Positions 24,136 through 38,215 of a stretch of 64,000 nt of DNA are shown piece after piece. The notes below the pieces were generated by a model, which saw nothing but the letters and a program-made list of their open reading frames with translations, did not search any database and was not told the DNA's origin. A program made the position numbers and the translations under genes. Each line of letters starts with the position of its first letter. The stretch's first letter is position 1. The DNA is from Iphione sp. A-MEVVRFRX5 (Eukaryota): contig OZ320314.1 in the NCBI GenBank assembly GCA_976226885.1, positions 71,362,001-71,426,000 on the forward strand. Reading direction: 5' to 3'.

Positions 24136-27100
24136 CTAGCCAAACCGTTTCCATTGTTTCGGACGATACTTTGTCATAAGGCCAGAGTTCATGTATTTAT
24201 AATAACTACTCGACTTGTACTGCTTGCCGTAGGTGCTGCAAATGTTCTTTTCTTCTGACTTAGGGCAGTCAATGAAACCATCTCGGTTGCAGAAGCACTT
24301 CTTTTTCGTACAACCTTTGGTCTGCTCGAATTCTCCAACTGGAAACCTGCTTCCTTCATTGTTTCTGCAGCCTACACAAACAGAAGCAACACGTATACGA
24401 TGGATACACGAAAAAATATATTTTAATACACGTGTATATCTGCTACATGTCTTTTATAAGCCTACCCATCAAGATGCGATCAGGACGTATCCGTTTGTAA
24501 GAATCATAAGTATTTAGGAAATCTAATCACCCAAAACTCCCAGAGTTCGATTGAGAAACGTACCCCGCGTTCTCCTATCACTGGCACAGAAGCCAGGGCT
24601 CAGACTTATATCGTCAATGGCCATATCTCCTTGATAATTCTTGCCTCGGACTGCCATGAAACCAACCTGAAAGAAGGAGGGCATCTTAAAATGTTCAGTG
24701 TGCACGACATGCATAGGCAAACAAACTGTGACGTAATTCGAAGTATCGAAAACGCGGGCGTTTGTAGAAAATACATGTATACAAAATATTCTAAGGACTG
24801 ATTTTTCCATTTCTAAAACTGTCACACAAGAGCGGGCGAAGGCAAATTTGGTATGTTCAGATTTGGTATTACCTATGCATTCAAACATAGTTTTTCAATC
24901 TCGCCCATTTTGCTATTATGTAATGATTGACTTTATCTTATCTGAAGGACTGCGACTTCGGAGTGTTACCCATGCAAGGCAACTATTCACAGTCCGTTCA
25001 TTCATGCATATGGGGCATGCGCATTATCCTATGATTTTCCATAGGTTCAGTCTACTATATTCATGATAACCATGTAAACCCTTTCCTCATGTGCATAGAC
25101 ATTGTACTATTCTGTTTTGTTTATTGTGTTACACCCAGAGGTGTAGGAAGTAAAATTAAAGTGGGGTAGCCAAGTTTGAGTCAAGGCCCGAAGGGCCGAG
25201 GTGCAGCTTATGTGGCAGGGGGTCTGGCCACTCAATGCCCCCAGAAAATTTTGGATTTTTGATTACTAAAACTGCAATCTGAAGAGCTTTAAATTGTAAA
25301 TATTTGATCTTTTTTCTTTTCTTTTATATTTTTTTTGTGTTTGCTATAATCTGTATAATATTTTTTATAATATTATATTATAAAAATATTATACACACAC
25401 AAAAAGTGGGGGGGCTAAACCATATGATGGCCCCTCCACTTTCTTAAGTGGGGGGGCCATGGCCCCCCTGGTCCCCCGCTTCCTACACCACTGGTTACAC
25501 CTGTTCATAGAAGGATATGCGCCATTATTTTAGCGCTATAGAGGTCATTAATACTTCACTAGAAAGACGTTCGCACATCATACCCGAACTCCATGGTTGA
25601 GGAAAAGTCGAAGACGGGCTACCGTCCATTTGTTGCCGTGGTCACCACTGTGCTGCCAGAGAATCCTGTCACCACTGCCCGGAGATCTCCTCACAACAGC
25701 CAGTGTGCCAATGTAAGCACCGTGGAGATTATAATAGAATTCCAGACAGTACTCGCCTATTTTGTTTGTAGCAGCCATTGGTATCCAGGAACTGTGAAAG
25801 ATATGGCGCGTTACTGGTAATCCTTTATGAGAAATTATACTTCCATTTGATATGAAATCAGTGTACAGTCGAACCAGGAAAAAAGGAAAAGCGAAAGTAA
25901 AACAATATTTTTTAGTGTTTCCCTCGGTAAATCGCTCTTTATTGCCGTGACTACTACCTCTATTAGGATAAACTCACATAGCTTTGTCTCCCTCGCTACC
26001 GGTGCTGGCTTCCAAGAAGTAATAGTTGTCTGTGCGATCACCTGCTGTATGCCCACCAGAGGGACCTGTGTACGGAGAGGGCGTCTTGCCACTAGTGGTC
26101 ATCCATTCTAAGCTAGCAGCCCTGTTTTCCAATTCAAAATTGCAGTTATTCGGGTCCCGCTGCGTGCCAAAGTCACAGAAGAATGCCTCTGTAATATGTT
26201 AGAGATATCACTTTTATATGGCTGCTTGTTGTATCGTCAAAAACCCATTATCTATGTTTCAAAATGTGGTCAGGCGTCCACTTCTCATTTGGCTACGGAG
26301 TAGTGTCTGCAGTAGTGTCATCGTGTACATATGTGTATATATACATGTATAAAAGCATAATATGACAACTCACTTTACAGGCAACTCCACTAGGAGGGCA
26401 ATTCAGATTTAATGACAATGTTCCAGTCCCTACAGTATTCAATATACATGTATAAAAAAAGAAACTCTCCATTAAGTCCAGAATTAACTGGTCCCTCGGT
26501 GGTTGCATTAGATATTTTCTACTCTATGTAAATATGCTACACAAATTAACGGATAGGTAAATCTTAAGTTGGGCAATGCCTTTCGAATGCTGTACGGGAA
26601 TTTCACCACCATTATCTTGTATAATTATCCTATTATAATGGTTAAAAGAATTGCTTCACTTGATGACTAGTTGTTCAGGACAGGTTTGTGGTGCAGAAGG
26701 AAGTGGGGGGGGGGAGTTCAGAATACGCCACTGACCGTAGCAATTGTCAGCAGCATTACATCTCTGCATCTCATAGCTGGCGCCCTCGCACGGTCTGCCG
26801 CCATTTTGTGCTGGAATACACACCCTTGTGCGTGTCTGGAGACCACAGCTGGATGCGCAGGGGCTCCACGGCAGCCATTCTGACCATTCACCATCAACTG
26901 GAAGACAAAATAAAACTCTGCAAGTTTCAAATGTAGGCCGATGAGCCTCCTATAATATAAATACATAATCACATGCACCGCCTACAAGAAATAGTAGCAA
27001 TGGGAGCGCTGGTGGCAAAGTGCAGGAAAATCCCCACCATTGAATCTGTATGTGTCAGCGCAATTCAAGAACCAAAACAGAATAACATAATATGGTTAAC

Positions 27101-30100
27101 TTTAAGCCATAGTACATTCCAATGGAGGATCTACTTGTAAATTTGCAACTGAGCAGATAACACCGCAACCTCTCTCAGAAAGTTAGTTTCTACTAAACTT
27201 AATTCCTGTTATTATATATTTCAATTATAGAGAGACTACCGAAACCCAATACATTAGAATTTAGTGAGGATGCCATATACAAGGCAGGAACATACGACAT
27301 TAGATAGAGTGATTTGTAAGCTTTAATTGTATGTATATTATGTATTATGTGTTATATTATCTATGAATTAGCGAAGTGTAAAATGAATTGAAATAACTCC
27401 ACTACTCCTGACCATTATTATGCTGCTACTATTGCGGTACAAGCCTGACTTCATCATATACTTTTGAATGTTACCATTGAATTTTTCATATCTGAAAACC
27501 TATTTATATGAAATTTTATAATTAAGCAAAATATCTTAAAGAATCTATCATGTGTTACATTTCAGTTAGCCACAAGCATTGTTCCTATGGGTCAATGTTT
27601 CACCATTCTTCCCTTTTCTGTAATAAGAATCTTCCATAATTCTACAGCCAACTATCCAAATATAGCCGAGGATGAGCTGTGTCTACTGCGTATACATGTA
27701 TATGCTCCGAAATATATTTGTGAAAAGGGTCTCACATTGCTAGAAACATGTTTCCAGTAAATTCCGAATGAGATCTTCTGCCAATGTTTCCCAACATCAA
27801 ACAAACGTATAATCAAACATCTATGTGCGACCATACCAAATTGTGACCATTCTCACTAATACGACCACTTGACCTGGGAACAGAAGTCTTGATATCTAAT
27901 ATTAACCTTTACCAGTTTGTGACCACTGTTGCTAATGTGACCATTTGAGCTTTGTCCCAAATGGTGGTCGCAAATAGGCATTCAACAGCATACGTATAGA
28001 GATTATTCGTGCCTGCCAACATGCCAACTTTATGTCAACCATGACAAATGTTCAACATTAACAGATGCACTGCCCAGTGTGAAATGTAATATAGTTCTCA
28101 CTGTTATGAAGGCTCCAATTGTTGCCTGCATAGAGAGAATTCAGCCTACGTTGAGGTATGGAAGACGTACTCACTGGCCCCCACAGTATGTTAAACTTTT
28201 GTGGATTGCATGCACCGTTAGAATGATGGTCAAATAGGTCAAATTTAAATGCCAACTCACCAATAGGCACATCACAGTCCTTTCCAAGCCACCTTTCTGG
28301 GCAACGACACATATATGTATTGGTGGTCTCCAGTCTCAATTCCCGACAAGTACCACCATTTTGACATGGTGATGATGCGCAGTCTGTCAAAACAAGAGAT
28401 CAAATGTCACCTTACAAAGAATACAATAACTGTGCTTTTCAGGATACCATGAACAGAGAATGACCGAATGACTATGTGCTATGATAATTTCTTTTACGAT
28501 AATTACTACAGCCCACCTGTCTCTGGCCTGATACTGATGGTTCCTCGAAAGCCTTTGGCATTAGTGGCGTCATCGGTTTCGAAATTCAGTATAATTTTGT
28601 TGTCCACCGAATAAAATATTTCGTTGCTCACCTCGCCACACATTCTGCATCAGAGACGGATGAGTTAATCTTTTGGAAGTAAAATCCACAAAATGGCAGT
28701 GCAGACGACGAACATGGTCCCAAACAAAAGAGCATTTCCTTGACATTTCGGGTCAGTGACCATGATTTGCTGAGGCCAGGATATGGCAAGGATATTAAAC
28801 TATATTTAGGAATTTGATAGTATGTATATGCATTCAATTCTTAATAAAAAAACACCCAGTTTCTGAACTCCCCCACTATGAAAGCAGTTTTTCAAAGACA
28901 AGTGGGTTTTACTGATAAATCTTCCAAAAATAGATAAAATAAATTCCCTCAAAACCTGAGAAACGTTTCTTTTAGACAGAGGTGGGAGGGATAAAGTTGA
29001 CTTATTGTAGATATTTATGTTTTTATGTATGCATACGATCAAAATGTGATAAGATTTTGATCATTAATGCATAAAACCATGTTGGTTAATATATGATAAA
29101 TCTCAGCTTCTACACATTTGTGTAATTGTACCTGCCCCAACAACCCTATGTAGAATCGCTGACTTGTACAACCACAGTGTTATAGTAAAGAAGTCTATGG
29201 TACATTATATTACTGCCTGAAATATTATTATAGCAACCATATAGATATATCTGAATACAATAGAGACTCTATTTCCGACCACTGGTTGGGTCTGAGTTCA
29301 AATGGTCGGAATAGCGAGAGTGGTCAGAAATCGATATACAAGCTGTATGTTCATTATGTATAGAAATAAATTCCCTTTCTCCCTCTCTCAATCACCTAAC
29401 ATATTGATTAACTATAGAGAGAATTTTGGTTCCAAGCTGAAGTCGTCTTATTGGCAGATTTGGCTGCAAATCGATGTTTTCTCAAATGGGATCTTGACTG
29501 TACTTAAATGTAGGCCAATGGTCCATTACCAATCAGAAAATGGTGTCACATACAACATGAAGAAGGGTCAGTATGGGAAATACAGTTGGGATTAATAGGG
29601 GAAAGCCGAGTTAATCCAACCTCACCGATTTTGTTCTTTAATCGTCTTTAAAAACATAAAATCATATAAAAAGTGGCTGTACTGATCAGGTAGCCTGAGG
29701 GTAACTGGAAATAATATCATGCAAAAGTATGCATACCAATATACATAGTACATTCTATTAATACTGCAACTACATGTACATCTCATCACGTGGCATAGGT
29801 ACTATACTGATTAGCTGTCGTATACCAATAGGCGTATACACCTGCTTGGGAGTTAGGGCAGCAGATAGGAATAGAATCATTCAAATTCAAATAAACAGCT
29901 ATTATGTGTGCTTTATCATGTATACAGACATGTCGCATACAATAATGTGATGTGATCTAGTCTACTCACACATGACCTTTGGGGACACCAATACTATGAT
30001 ATCGGACTTCCAATTTGTCAACGCATTTCTTGTTCTCCGGCTCTTGGAGACTCATGGTGTTAACCGTAAGTGTGATGAGTGTTCCTGGTGGACTCTATAC

Positions 30101-31845
30101 CAATAAATAAATTCAAGTTTATTACTGACTGAAATGTTAAAGTATACATTTTCTGGTTTTCAAAGAGGAAATACATGTACATATAGTATACACGTATTAT
30201 ATAAACTCCTATATCACATACATATATATGCACGTATGTATAAACTCCTATATCACATACATATACATGCACGATGCAATCGCTTAAAATATGGGAGAGT
30301 CCCCCCCCCCCCCAAAAAAAAATAAGAAAACAAGTTGCATTTGTATGTTTGACACTACTGTGTTGACGTGTGCTCTAACTGTCTATCTTTGCAGGGCATA
30401 GAAGCAACTGTTCTGGGCAAAAAATCCAATGTTATGTATAAGTCTCTCTTTACCTTGAGCAGCCACACACAGTGCTGATTGTCTCGGTAGGTTGCCGGGA
30501 AACCGGGCGATGTGATCGTGGTTCCATTTACCACGTCAATCACTCCGCCACAACCTGGAAAACACGAGCGGCTCGAAGGTAATTCGTCATGTTACTCATC
30601 GGCAAACTGGGCTATCACGAGTCTGGCTGCACTGAGTCATCTGATATTCCTTCGCACACAGGCAGTCGGACAGATTCAGACATGTTACATATGCCTGCAC
30701 AAACCGTGCATCCAAGGCCAATGTTTTAGACCGTTATACACATACCTGTATATATATATACGTAGGAGAAACACCTGCAGTTGACACCTCCGTTCCCACG
30801 TCTAAGGGACAGTTCCCCCTAACCACCCAGCTGTTTGAATAAACCAGTCCAAATGAGAATATAAAAATTCCAAGCCGCTATCTTTAAATTCGAATTATTG
30901 AAGAACCGGGCGTATAAACGCAGGACACCCACAAATAAACCGCATTTTTGCTGGCCTTAGTCATGCCCAAGAATTTTATCTAGATGCACGTTTTCATATA
31001 AAAACCTTTAAGACATGAGTTTGCTAAGTATTCAGTTCTTATAAATCTAGTAAAACTCCTCACTGTTCCATTGTAAACATGATCAATATCCATTCGATTC
31101 GAGAGCTAACCAATTTTGTCAGTAAAAAAGCTTAGCAAGATGCCATGAAACCAGCTTTCAGCGTTGATGTTAGCCGCACAGCCATTGTATTTGCAGTACG
31201 GCTGGGTTCAAATGGCAGACAGGTGAATGGTGCAACGATTACACTGGTTCTCACCTGGTGAAGTCTCCACTTGCTCACATCGCTCCCCAGTAAGTCCACG
31301 CGGACAAGTACATGTGCAAGTAGACGTGAGAAAACCGTCGTTTTCACACCGTAAGCTGTCAGGACAATTTTCTGGAATTCAATCAGTGGCGTTTTGTGGT
31401 CAACTTTATCCGTTTAGTTGGCGTGTAGGTGGTCTGCGGTATGTTAAGTATATTTTAACTTCGATAAAATCCCGTTGCTTATAAAAAGACGACAGTAAAA
31501 ACAGAGTTTGATCAAAGCTTACGCTTGTCGTTTGTTTGGGAAACAGTTGACTACTTATCGAAATCCAAGTAGTCCTGGAGAGGTTGCCATGACTTCGTAT
31601 GTTGCATGATAAACAATGAGAAGAAACACTTACGAAATACTTTGTAGGTTGACACCACACAGCAGAACACTACGGAGTTTATGAGGAGTTTGAGTGAGCA
31701 TAATGGTTGATAGTAAACATACATGGCAGGATCATTCATTTGCCTGGTAGGAACAGGATATTCGTCAGGCGGATTTCCCTTTATATTTTTATATCGAGAA
31801 TGAACTTCATGTCGTTGTGGGAATGAAATCCTTTTTATAAACGTC

Positions 31846-31889
<44 letters not shown>

Positions 31890-34800
31890 CTAACGGTAAA
31901 TTTACGCGTACGTGTGCATGTGCATGACACGTGTAGAGATGATGCTCTCATTCAAGACCGGCATTGGTTCCGGTCATCAGGTTTCTACTAAGAACAGTGA
32001 CTGCTAAGTGGTGTATGGTTGCCTTACATGTACCATAAATGCATGAGCGTGTCTCCCTCAAATCCTATTTTGTTAACTAGGTATAGAGCATGGTATAGAG
32101 CACTGGCACATGTGTGTTCGTAGTTAAGGAGGTCGTACTCTGCTGAGTCACTCCATGCCTTCTTTGATATGCAGTGTCATCCGAATGGCTTAAGTTTCCA
32201 CACGATCTGAGCCATTGAGATTAGCACCTGCGTCCCTGATGCCCTTTCAACTCACTCTCATTGAAGTGAGCTGATATCATATAATATTTTCAACAATTTT
32301 CACGCTCATGTCCATGGCTGCCAGGGGAGGTGGTTAGTGCGGCTCTTTAAAACGTGGAACTCTGATTATGTTTATCTTATTTAATTTATATAAGATTTAA
32401 CTGTTATAATTTATATATGAATTGAAAACCATTTTGACCATACATACATTAAGGGAAAGATTACAGTTAACAGGAGTTCCACTGCACACACACATATATT
32501 ATCATATGTAATATCAAAACAATTACAAAAGTATTTACCTGCGCATCTATAGAGTGAATTGACGGCCATCCTATCATAATGGCTTAGTGAGCTGTGTAAG
32601 CCGATCAAATTGACGAGCCTTGGATCTAATGTTTGAAGTGTAGGTTCCTTATTGATTGAAAACATCTATAATATAAACATAAAAAGAAAACTCATTCACC
32701 GCCGAAGGTCATTACTGCTTGGTTAATTGTGCCTCCCTTCTATACCGTTAGCTACTAGCTCCTGTTATATGGAAAATGACCATCTAACATGATTATATCA
32801 TGATTGGGAAAACCCTTGAAACCCCATACTTTGAAATGGCTGTAAATTATTGTATTATATTGTCATAGATGGGCTACTCTCACAACTTAAGTGCTGACTA
32901 CATGTACGTCTGTTTTAGTTTTGCTTCAAAAATATGTACGATATTCTTCACTATTAGTATTATGTAAGTATTATGTTCGGTCATATGTTACTGTTCTAAC
33001 AACCCACTCCCCTAAAATGAAAAAAGTTTTTATGTGAATGACACAACCTCTGAATATATGTGCATTCGTCCTATCCGATTATTTATAATCCTACATTAGT
33101 CTACGTGGGGATTCAGACAGGCACAATTTACGCCCAACAACATTCGTTCTCTGGCAGGGTTTAATATCGGAGTAACCATCTGGATGCAACTGAGAATGTA
33201 TAACGTGGACTTACAGTATCTTCAATCCAACCGTTTCTTCCCATGGTAAGAGCTGAAAGAAATGCACTAAATACCCGCTTACCTTGGGGTCATAATGCAT
33301 GATGGAATAGAGGTCGTATGGTGTGATAAGCCTCGAGTCCTCTTGAATGTCGAAGTTGTGCTCTCGGTTGTCTTGAATGTTGCTCCATAGAACAAATACA
33401 TGTGCGTCCCTGTCAGGTCTGGAGTGCTCATGCCATAATCCGATGGCATGACCGAGCTCGTGGACAAGCATCTCTGTCTGTTTAGAATATTACGGACGAT
33501 TTAGCGCAAGCAACTATGGTGTCTGGGCTCACCCAACTATCTAGTGTCAGATGATAAAAAGTATAATATGGAACGACTAGCTGCCAGTATTTAGACACTA
33601 AATATCGCGGCAACCTAACTACATATATGTGGGGGTACATATAAATACATGTACATGTAAACGTACATATCTACATTTATACGGACACGTATACATTGTA
33701 TGTACATTTGTACACATTGATATTGTGCAGCAGCTCTTATACCGCTTTTGAAAAGACGCTGTAGTAACATGTGAGAAACATCTTGGCAGCTGCATTACGT
33801 TACGAAGGGCAGCGGAGATAAAATCCCCAATGAATGTTGATAAAAATGGTCTCATGGGCAGCCAACGTATCTTACGGTCCTCAAAGAAAACAAGTAATAC
33901 ATGTAGCTGAGAGCGAGGGGGGGGGGAGAAAAATGGAAGGCAAGGGAAGTGCTACATAGCCCCAGTCGATTCCTACGGTAATATTTAACCTCTGCGCCAT
34001 TCTATTAACCTCAGCCCCAAACCTCTTACAGAGACAGGAATTTAGAGGCACCAACTATTGTTGTATATTTATGTTTGTATGGTTTAAGTCGCGTTCCCAG
34101 TGCGGTATCCTGCTCTGTCCGGATCCAGTACAATTGGCCAATAGATATTGCTTTTAAAAGCACGTCAACTACGACGAAAGAAAAATGGAACAGACGGTCC
34201 ATATCTGTAGAATGAGTTATCGATTTTCGTTCTTCCATGACTGTCCAGTCTATATGAAGAAACAATGAATAAACAAGCGGCGTTATCCGGTTAACCCTAC
34301 GCCCAGCTATGCGCTCCCGCCGTGTGGCTGATGAGAGGATTCTGACGTGGTTGATTCGCGGCTCGCGCCCACTGCTAAAAGCGGCCAAAAAAAATAGAAC
34401 TTCATGTTTTTCCTCGCTGCCCTAGTGCTTGGTAACTCGACCGCGAAAGGGAACTTGCCATTGTCAAAGTGATGACGAATGGTATGTTAGGGATGACGTC
34501 CTCCCAAGAAGCTGTCTTAACTAATCTTGATACAAGGAACACAGGCCTTCATGAAATGGAAAAGACGGTGGGCAGCTACTCATTAAAAATAGCTGCATTG
34601 GCGATGTCTCACTCACGAGGATGCATTAACTACCAAAAGTATTAAATCTAACAAGTTTATTTGTTTAAAAAATCTCTTCTTTATGAGCTTCGGACATAGA
34701 ACAGCAGTAACTTACAGTGGCGTTGTGACTTTGGAAGGTTTAAAATGAGAACTTTCACTTATAAGAAGAGTGACATGATTTCTAGATATGTCGGAGACCC

Positions 34801-37800
34801 CCTTTTCAGGAGCCGTTTATGTGAATCTGGTCGAACTAATCCACTTCATTGTTTGTACAATACACATGTTAATGTATGTACCAAATTTTCATTAAACTGT
34901 TCAACAAGAGAAAAACCTAAAACCTTTTGCATTTGTTTATTTCTAGGGGAATCAATATGATCGTCATGATGATTTTGCTCGTTCAGCAAATTTGAGTCCA
35001 TGTTTCATAAGCAAACTGCAGAAAGAATAGGTATGAATTCCTGTGAAAAACTGCAGTTCTCTATTCACATACCTGAGTACTTTCGGCTTCAATGAATGTA
35101 AGAGTAAAGAGCTTCTCTCAGATTTAATCGCTAGCTCTAAAACAACTCTTCAATTTGTTGTCCCCATAACTATAGCAGTTTTTATGGATGATTTGTTTTG
35201 TCTAGGCTATTGCTAAAACAGCACGAAGCATTGCATTTCTTTAGAATGAGGTTCATTACGTGTATAGCGCGCCATACGTAAGCGCCGTATTCGGAACGTG
35301 TAATATTAAGTATTAGGAACTTACAAATGCACACTCCTGCCCGAGTGTGATGGTCTGTGGTCCCACACCGCTGTTCATACCAACAGAAGATGTACAACTG
35401 GAAAAAAGGAATGAATAATAAACCACAAACCTCTCTTTCTGCCTTATTACACACACAAACACAATCACATACATACTTACACAGAGCCCACATATACACA
35501 TTATTGTGATATGAGGGCGAAGACATAATGGCCGCAGTATGTTCCAGAGGGGCAAATAAGGACACAAACGAGGTAATCACCTATATCAAAGTGCCTCAGA
35601 AGTGGGGAAAGGGACTGAAGAATACAAAAAGGCAATCGAAGCACCACATTATTTACCACACAGAGACCAGAAGTGTCTACTACACGGATGTGATTTAAGC
35701 AAATTTCCTAGTAAGAGCCAGCCAGATTGGTGAAGCACGCCATGGCGATGTCACTCTTTGTATCTGGTGCCAAAATAGGATTTATTTGAAAAAGGAAAGT
35801 AAGACCCCTCTGATTTTCGATAAGCATATTCAATGATATTTAAGGGGCTATTCACATGTGTCGTGATTTGTCTGCTCCACGGCTGGATGTGGATGCGGAT
35901 TCTTTTGCAGCCCTGTCTTGCCAATACACTTATTCAGATGTGCACCATGCCCGCATGCGGCCATGGATGTCAAATAAGAAACGATGGGTTTTCTCTGCGT
36001 CCGAACATTGAATCTATAGAAGCTAATAGTAAAATATATCTGGTGACCATCAGGAAGCAATTAACAATGCCAAATCCACATGGGGTCTCCGCAAATGTGT
36101 CAGCTCCAGATCAGAAACATCATGACACATGAATAACCCCTCAATAAGTAAGAAGCCATAGAGCATGGGCAACTAACGGAAGAAGCAGATCAGTTTTGTG
36201 TACACATGCAATGATCATAATAGTATTCCATAATCATAAGGCAACAGTATCAGCGACTTACTGGGGCGCTCCCTCGAATTTGATGTATTTCTGATTGTTG
36301 CCAATGTCTCTCTCCTCCGGAATATATGTGAAATTAAGGCAAGTAGTTTCCTCCCAGTGTTGTATTGCTTGATTTATTACATACAGTGGCCTGCTCTGTC
36401 CAGCCAACAGTGCTTAAAGAAGACAAAACGCACACTTAATTATATTTTCTCTTTCAGTAAGAATCACGTAGCATCTCTGGAATATTTTGCATGTTCTTTA
36501 GCTGGACTGTAGGAATATTTGGAAGTAGTGAAGATACTAAATGACCTCACTGAAGTCTGCGCTAGACACGCAGATGAACATCAGATGACAGTAAAATCAA
36601 GCATATGGGCAGATATTAGTAACCACTAATTTGAATCTAGTTACAAATGAACAAAATTAATATTATTTTCATGTACATACATTCTTACTTCACTTTCCAT
36701 CACTTTCCATAAGGACGTACTATTTTAAAGTTCTCTTTTTGCATACCGTCCTCCAAACTTTGTAAAGAGAAGACTGGGTGAACAAAAAATGTCATGCCAA
36801 GTCTCCTTCGAGACAAAACGTTACAAAGATGAAGAGAACCGGTACACATTGCACTAAGTCGCCCAAAGTGTCATGGAGATGGGTCGCCCCCCGCGCAGTC
36901 ATCCCCTAAAAGTTATACCCTATCCTTATCCTTAGAATTATTTACATAGGGACACATGTGAATGCTTATTGTTTTTCCTCATTCCAGGAGACTGGTTCTC
37001 ACTGGAAAAACACGTATCACAGTTTCTACGACTGCAGGATATATTGGTCCCCACATTTACAGCAGGGATATTGCGAGCATTAGCCTCGCGACTAGACCAT
37101 GAGCCTGTTTACCATAGTGGAGAGGCAGCACTTTAGAAAGGCATTAGGTCTTATCTTACATGAAACTGTGTAGATGATCCTGCCTCCAGGCCATAGGAAT
37201 CGATCATGGGAGACAACCTGGCGTCTCTCTCTGTGCCGCCACTGACGGTCAATGTGGAAACCTGCGTGCATGTAGAACTTGTGGTGAGCACACTAGTTAA
37301 AACTTAAAATAACTGCCATAATGATCGCATTACGTATTCCGTATCGACTAGCACATTTCTGCCACATATAGTTTTAAATTGGTCGACATCTCTTAGTGGT
37401 TGTTTAATGAATTTAATCGATCTAAAGTGAGACTGATAACTACTGTTATTGTCGAAAGCATAAAATGACACCCAAGTTAGGACAGACCAATTTTGATCTC
37501 TTCCTTCCGCGGCTGTCCGTAGAGGCTTTGTAATGCAAATGTAAAATACTTGTACACATTTAGTTAAAAATCTCGTTCTGTATCACGTTTTCTCGTCCTA
37601 TCTGAGTCTTCAGGTGGATTTTTACTGCATGCATCCGCTTGTAAAAACAAAAAATAACGTCTTCGCTTGTTTTAAAATAATTGCATCATCACACAACCAG
37701 AAGGATATTAAGTTGACGAATTGTCACAATGTCATATTAAGGATACACAAGAAAGCTGATAGTACCTACAGGAGCTTTCACATAATATATTTTATGAGAA

Positions 37801-37885
37801 TTTCATTGTTGAAAGTTAATATGCACTTACTTGAAGAAACATCAATGAAGATGGCCGCTGCTATCAAAAGGGTAAGTACAACCAT
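24136..37885 (-). CDS. Secreted astacin (M12A) metalloprotease: SP-astacin-EGF-CUB-EGF-MAM-TILa/VWC-like, about 684 aa
   Basis: Exons 37885-37831 (MVVLTLLIAAAIFIDVSS), 37261-37160 (RERR|QVVSHDRFLWPGG), 36412-36262 (AIQHWEETTCLNF), 35397-35325 (CTSSVG..PQTITLGQEC), 33477-33283 (HELGHAIGLWHEHSRPDRD; SIMHY), 32665-32539, 31371-31255 (EGF), 30554-30454, 30094-29970, 28644-28517 (CUB), 28383-28261 (EGF), 26188-25978, 25791-25584, 24666-24564 (MAM; GDMAIDDI), 24371-24136 (Cys-rich tail, TAG). All introns are GT-AG and phases are compatible; total 2055 nt. Confidence 0.92.
25136..25493. mobile_element. MITE with 15-bp TIR in astacin intron
   Basis: CAGAGGTGTAGGAAG at the left end and CTTCCTACACCACTG at the right end (1 mismatch). 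G/C-run subterminal regions. TSD not resolved. Confidence 0.65.
31852..31888. repeat. (TG)n microsatellite
   Basis: Perfect dinucleotide run. Confidence 0.97.
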
Positions 37886-38119
37886 TGCTGCTGGCGATTC
37901 TTGTCCACAACACTAGACAGTGATCCTTGCTCAGTACCGTATATTGCGCCACAGAAAATCGTAATGTAGGTCTAGAGAATCAAATTTAACGTCTCAAACT
38001 TTCCGCCTTGAATAGTCGTAGGTAGAGTGCGTTGCTGGGATTCAGCCTGCCGTATGAGGTTTAGTTATGAGTAGCATTTGCAGCGTTCAATCCGGTCTTG
38101 GCGTCTGGCGCTGCCCCCA

Positions 38120-38215
38120 ACAGAACCGACTATATAATACCCCCAACGCCTACCAGAGGTCGTCACACAATGCGGTAAAACTCCAAGTCACGTGATAGAT
38201 GACGTGCGTTCTGGT
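38120..38215 (-). promoter_or_regulatory. Possible promoter of the astacin gene
   Basis: TATA-like TATTATATAG on the minus strand (about 38132-38141), roughly 250 bp upstream of the ATG. Nearby CACGTG and TGACGT motifs lie in a locally CpG-rich patch. Motif-only evidence. Confidence 0.3.
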
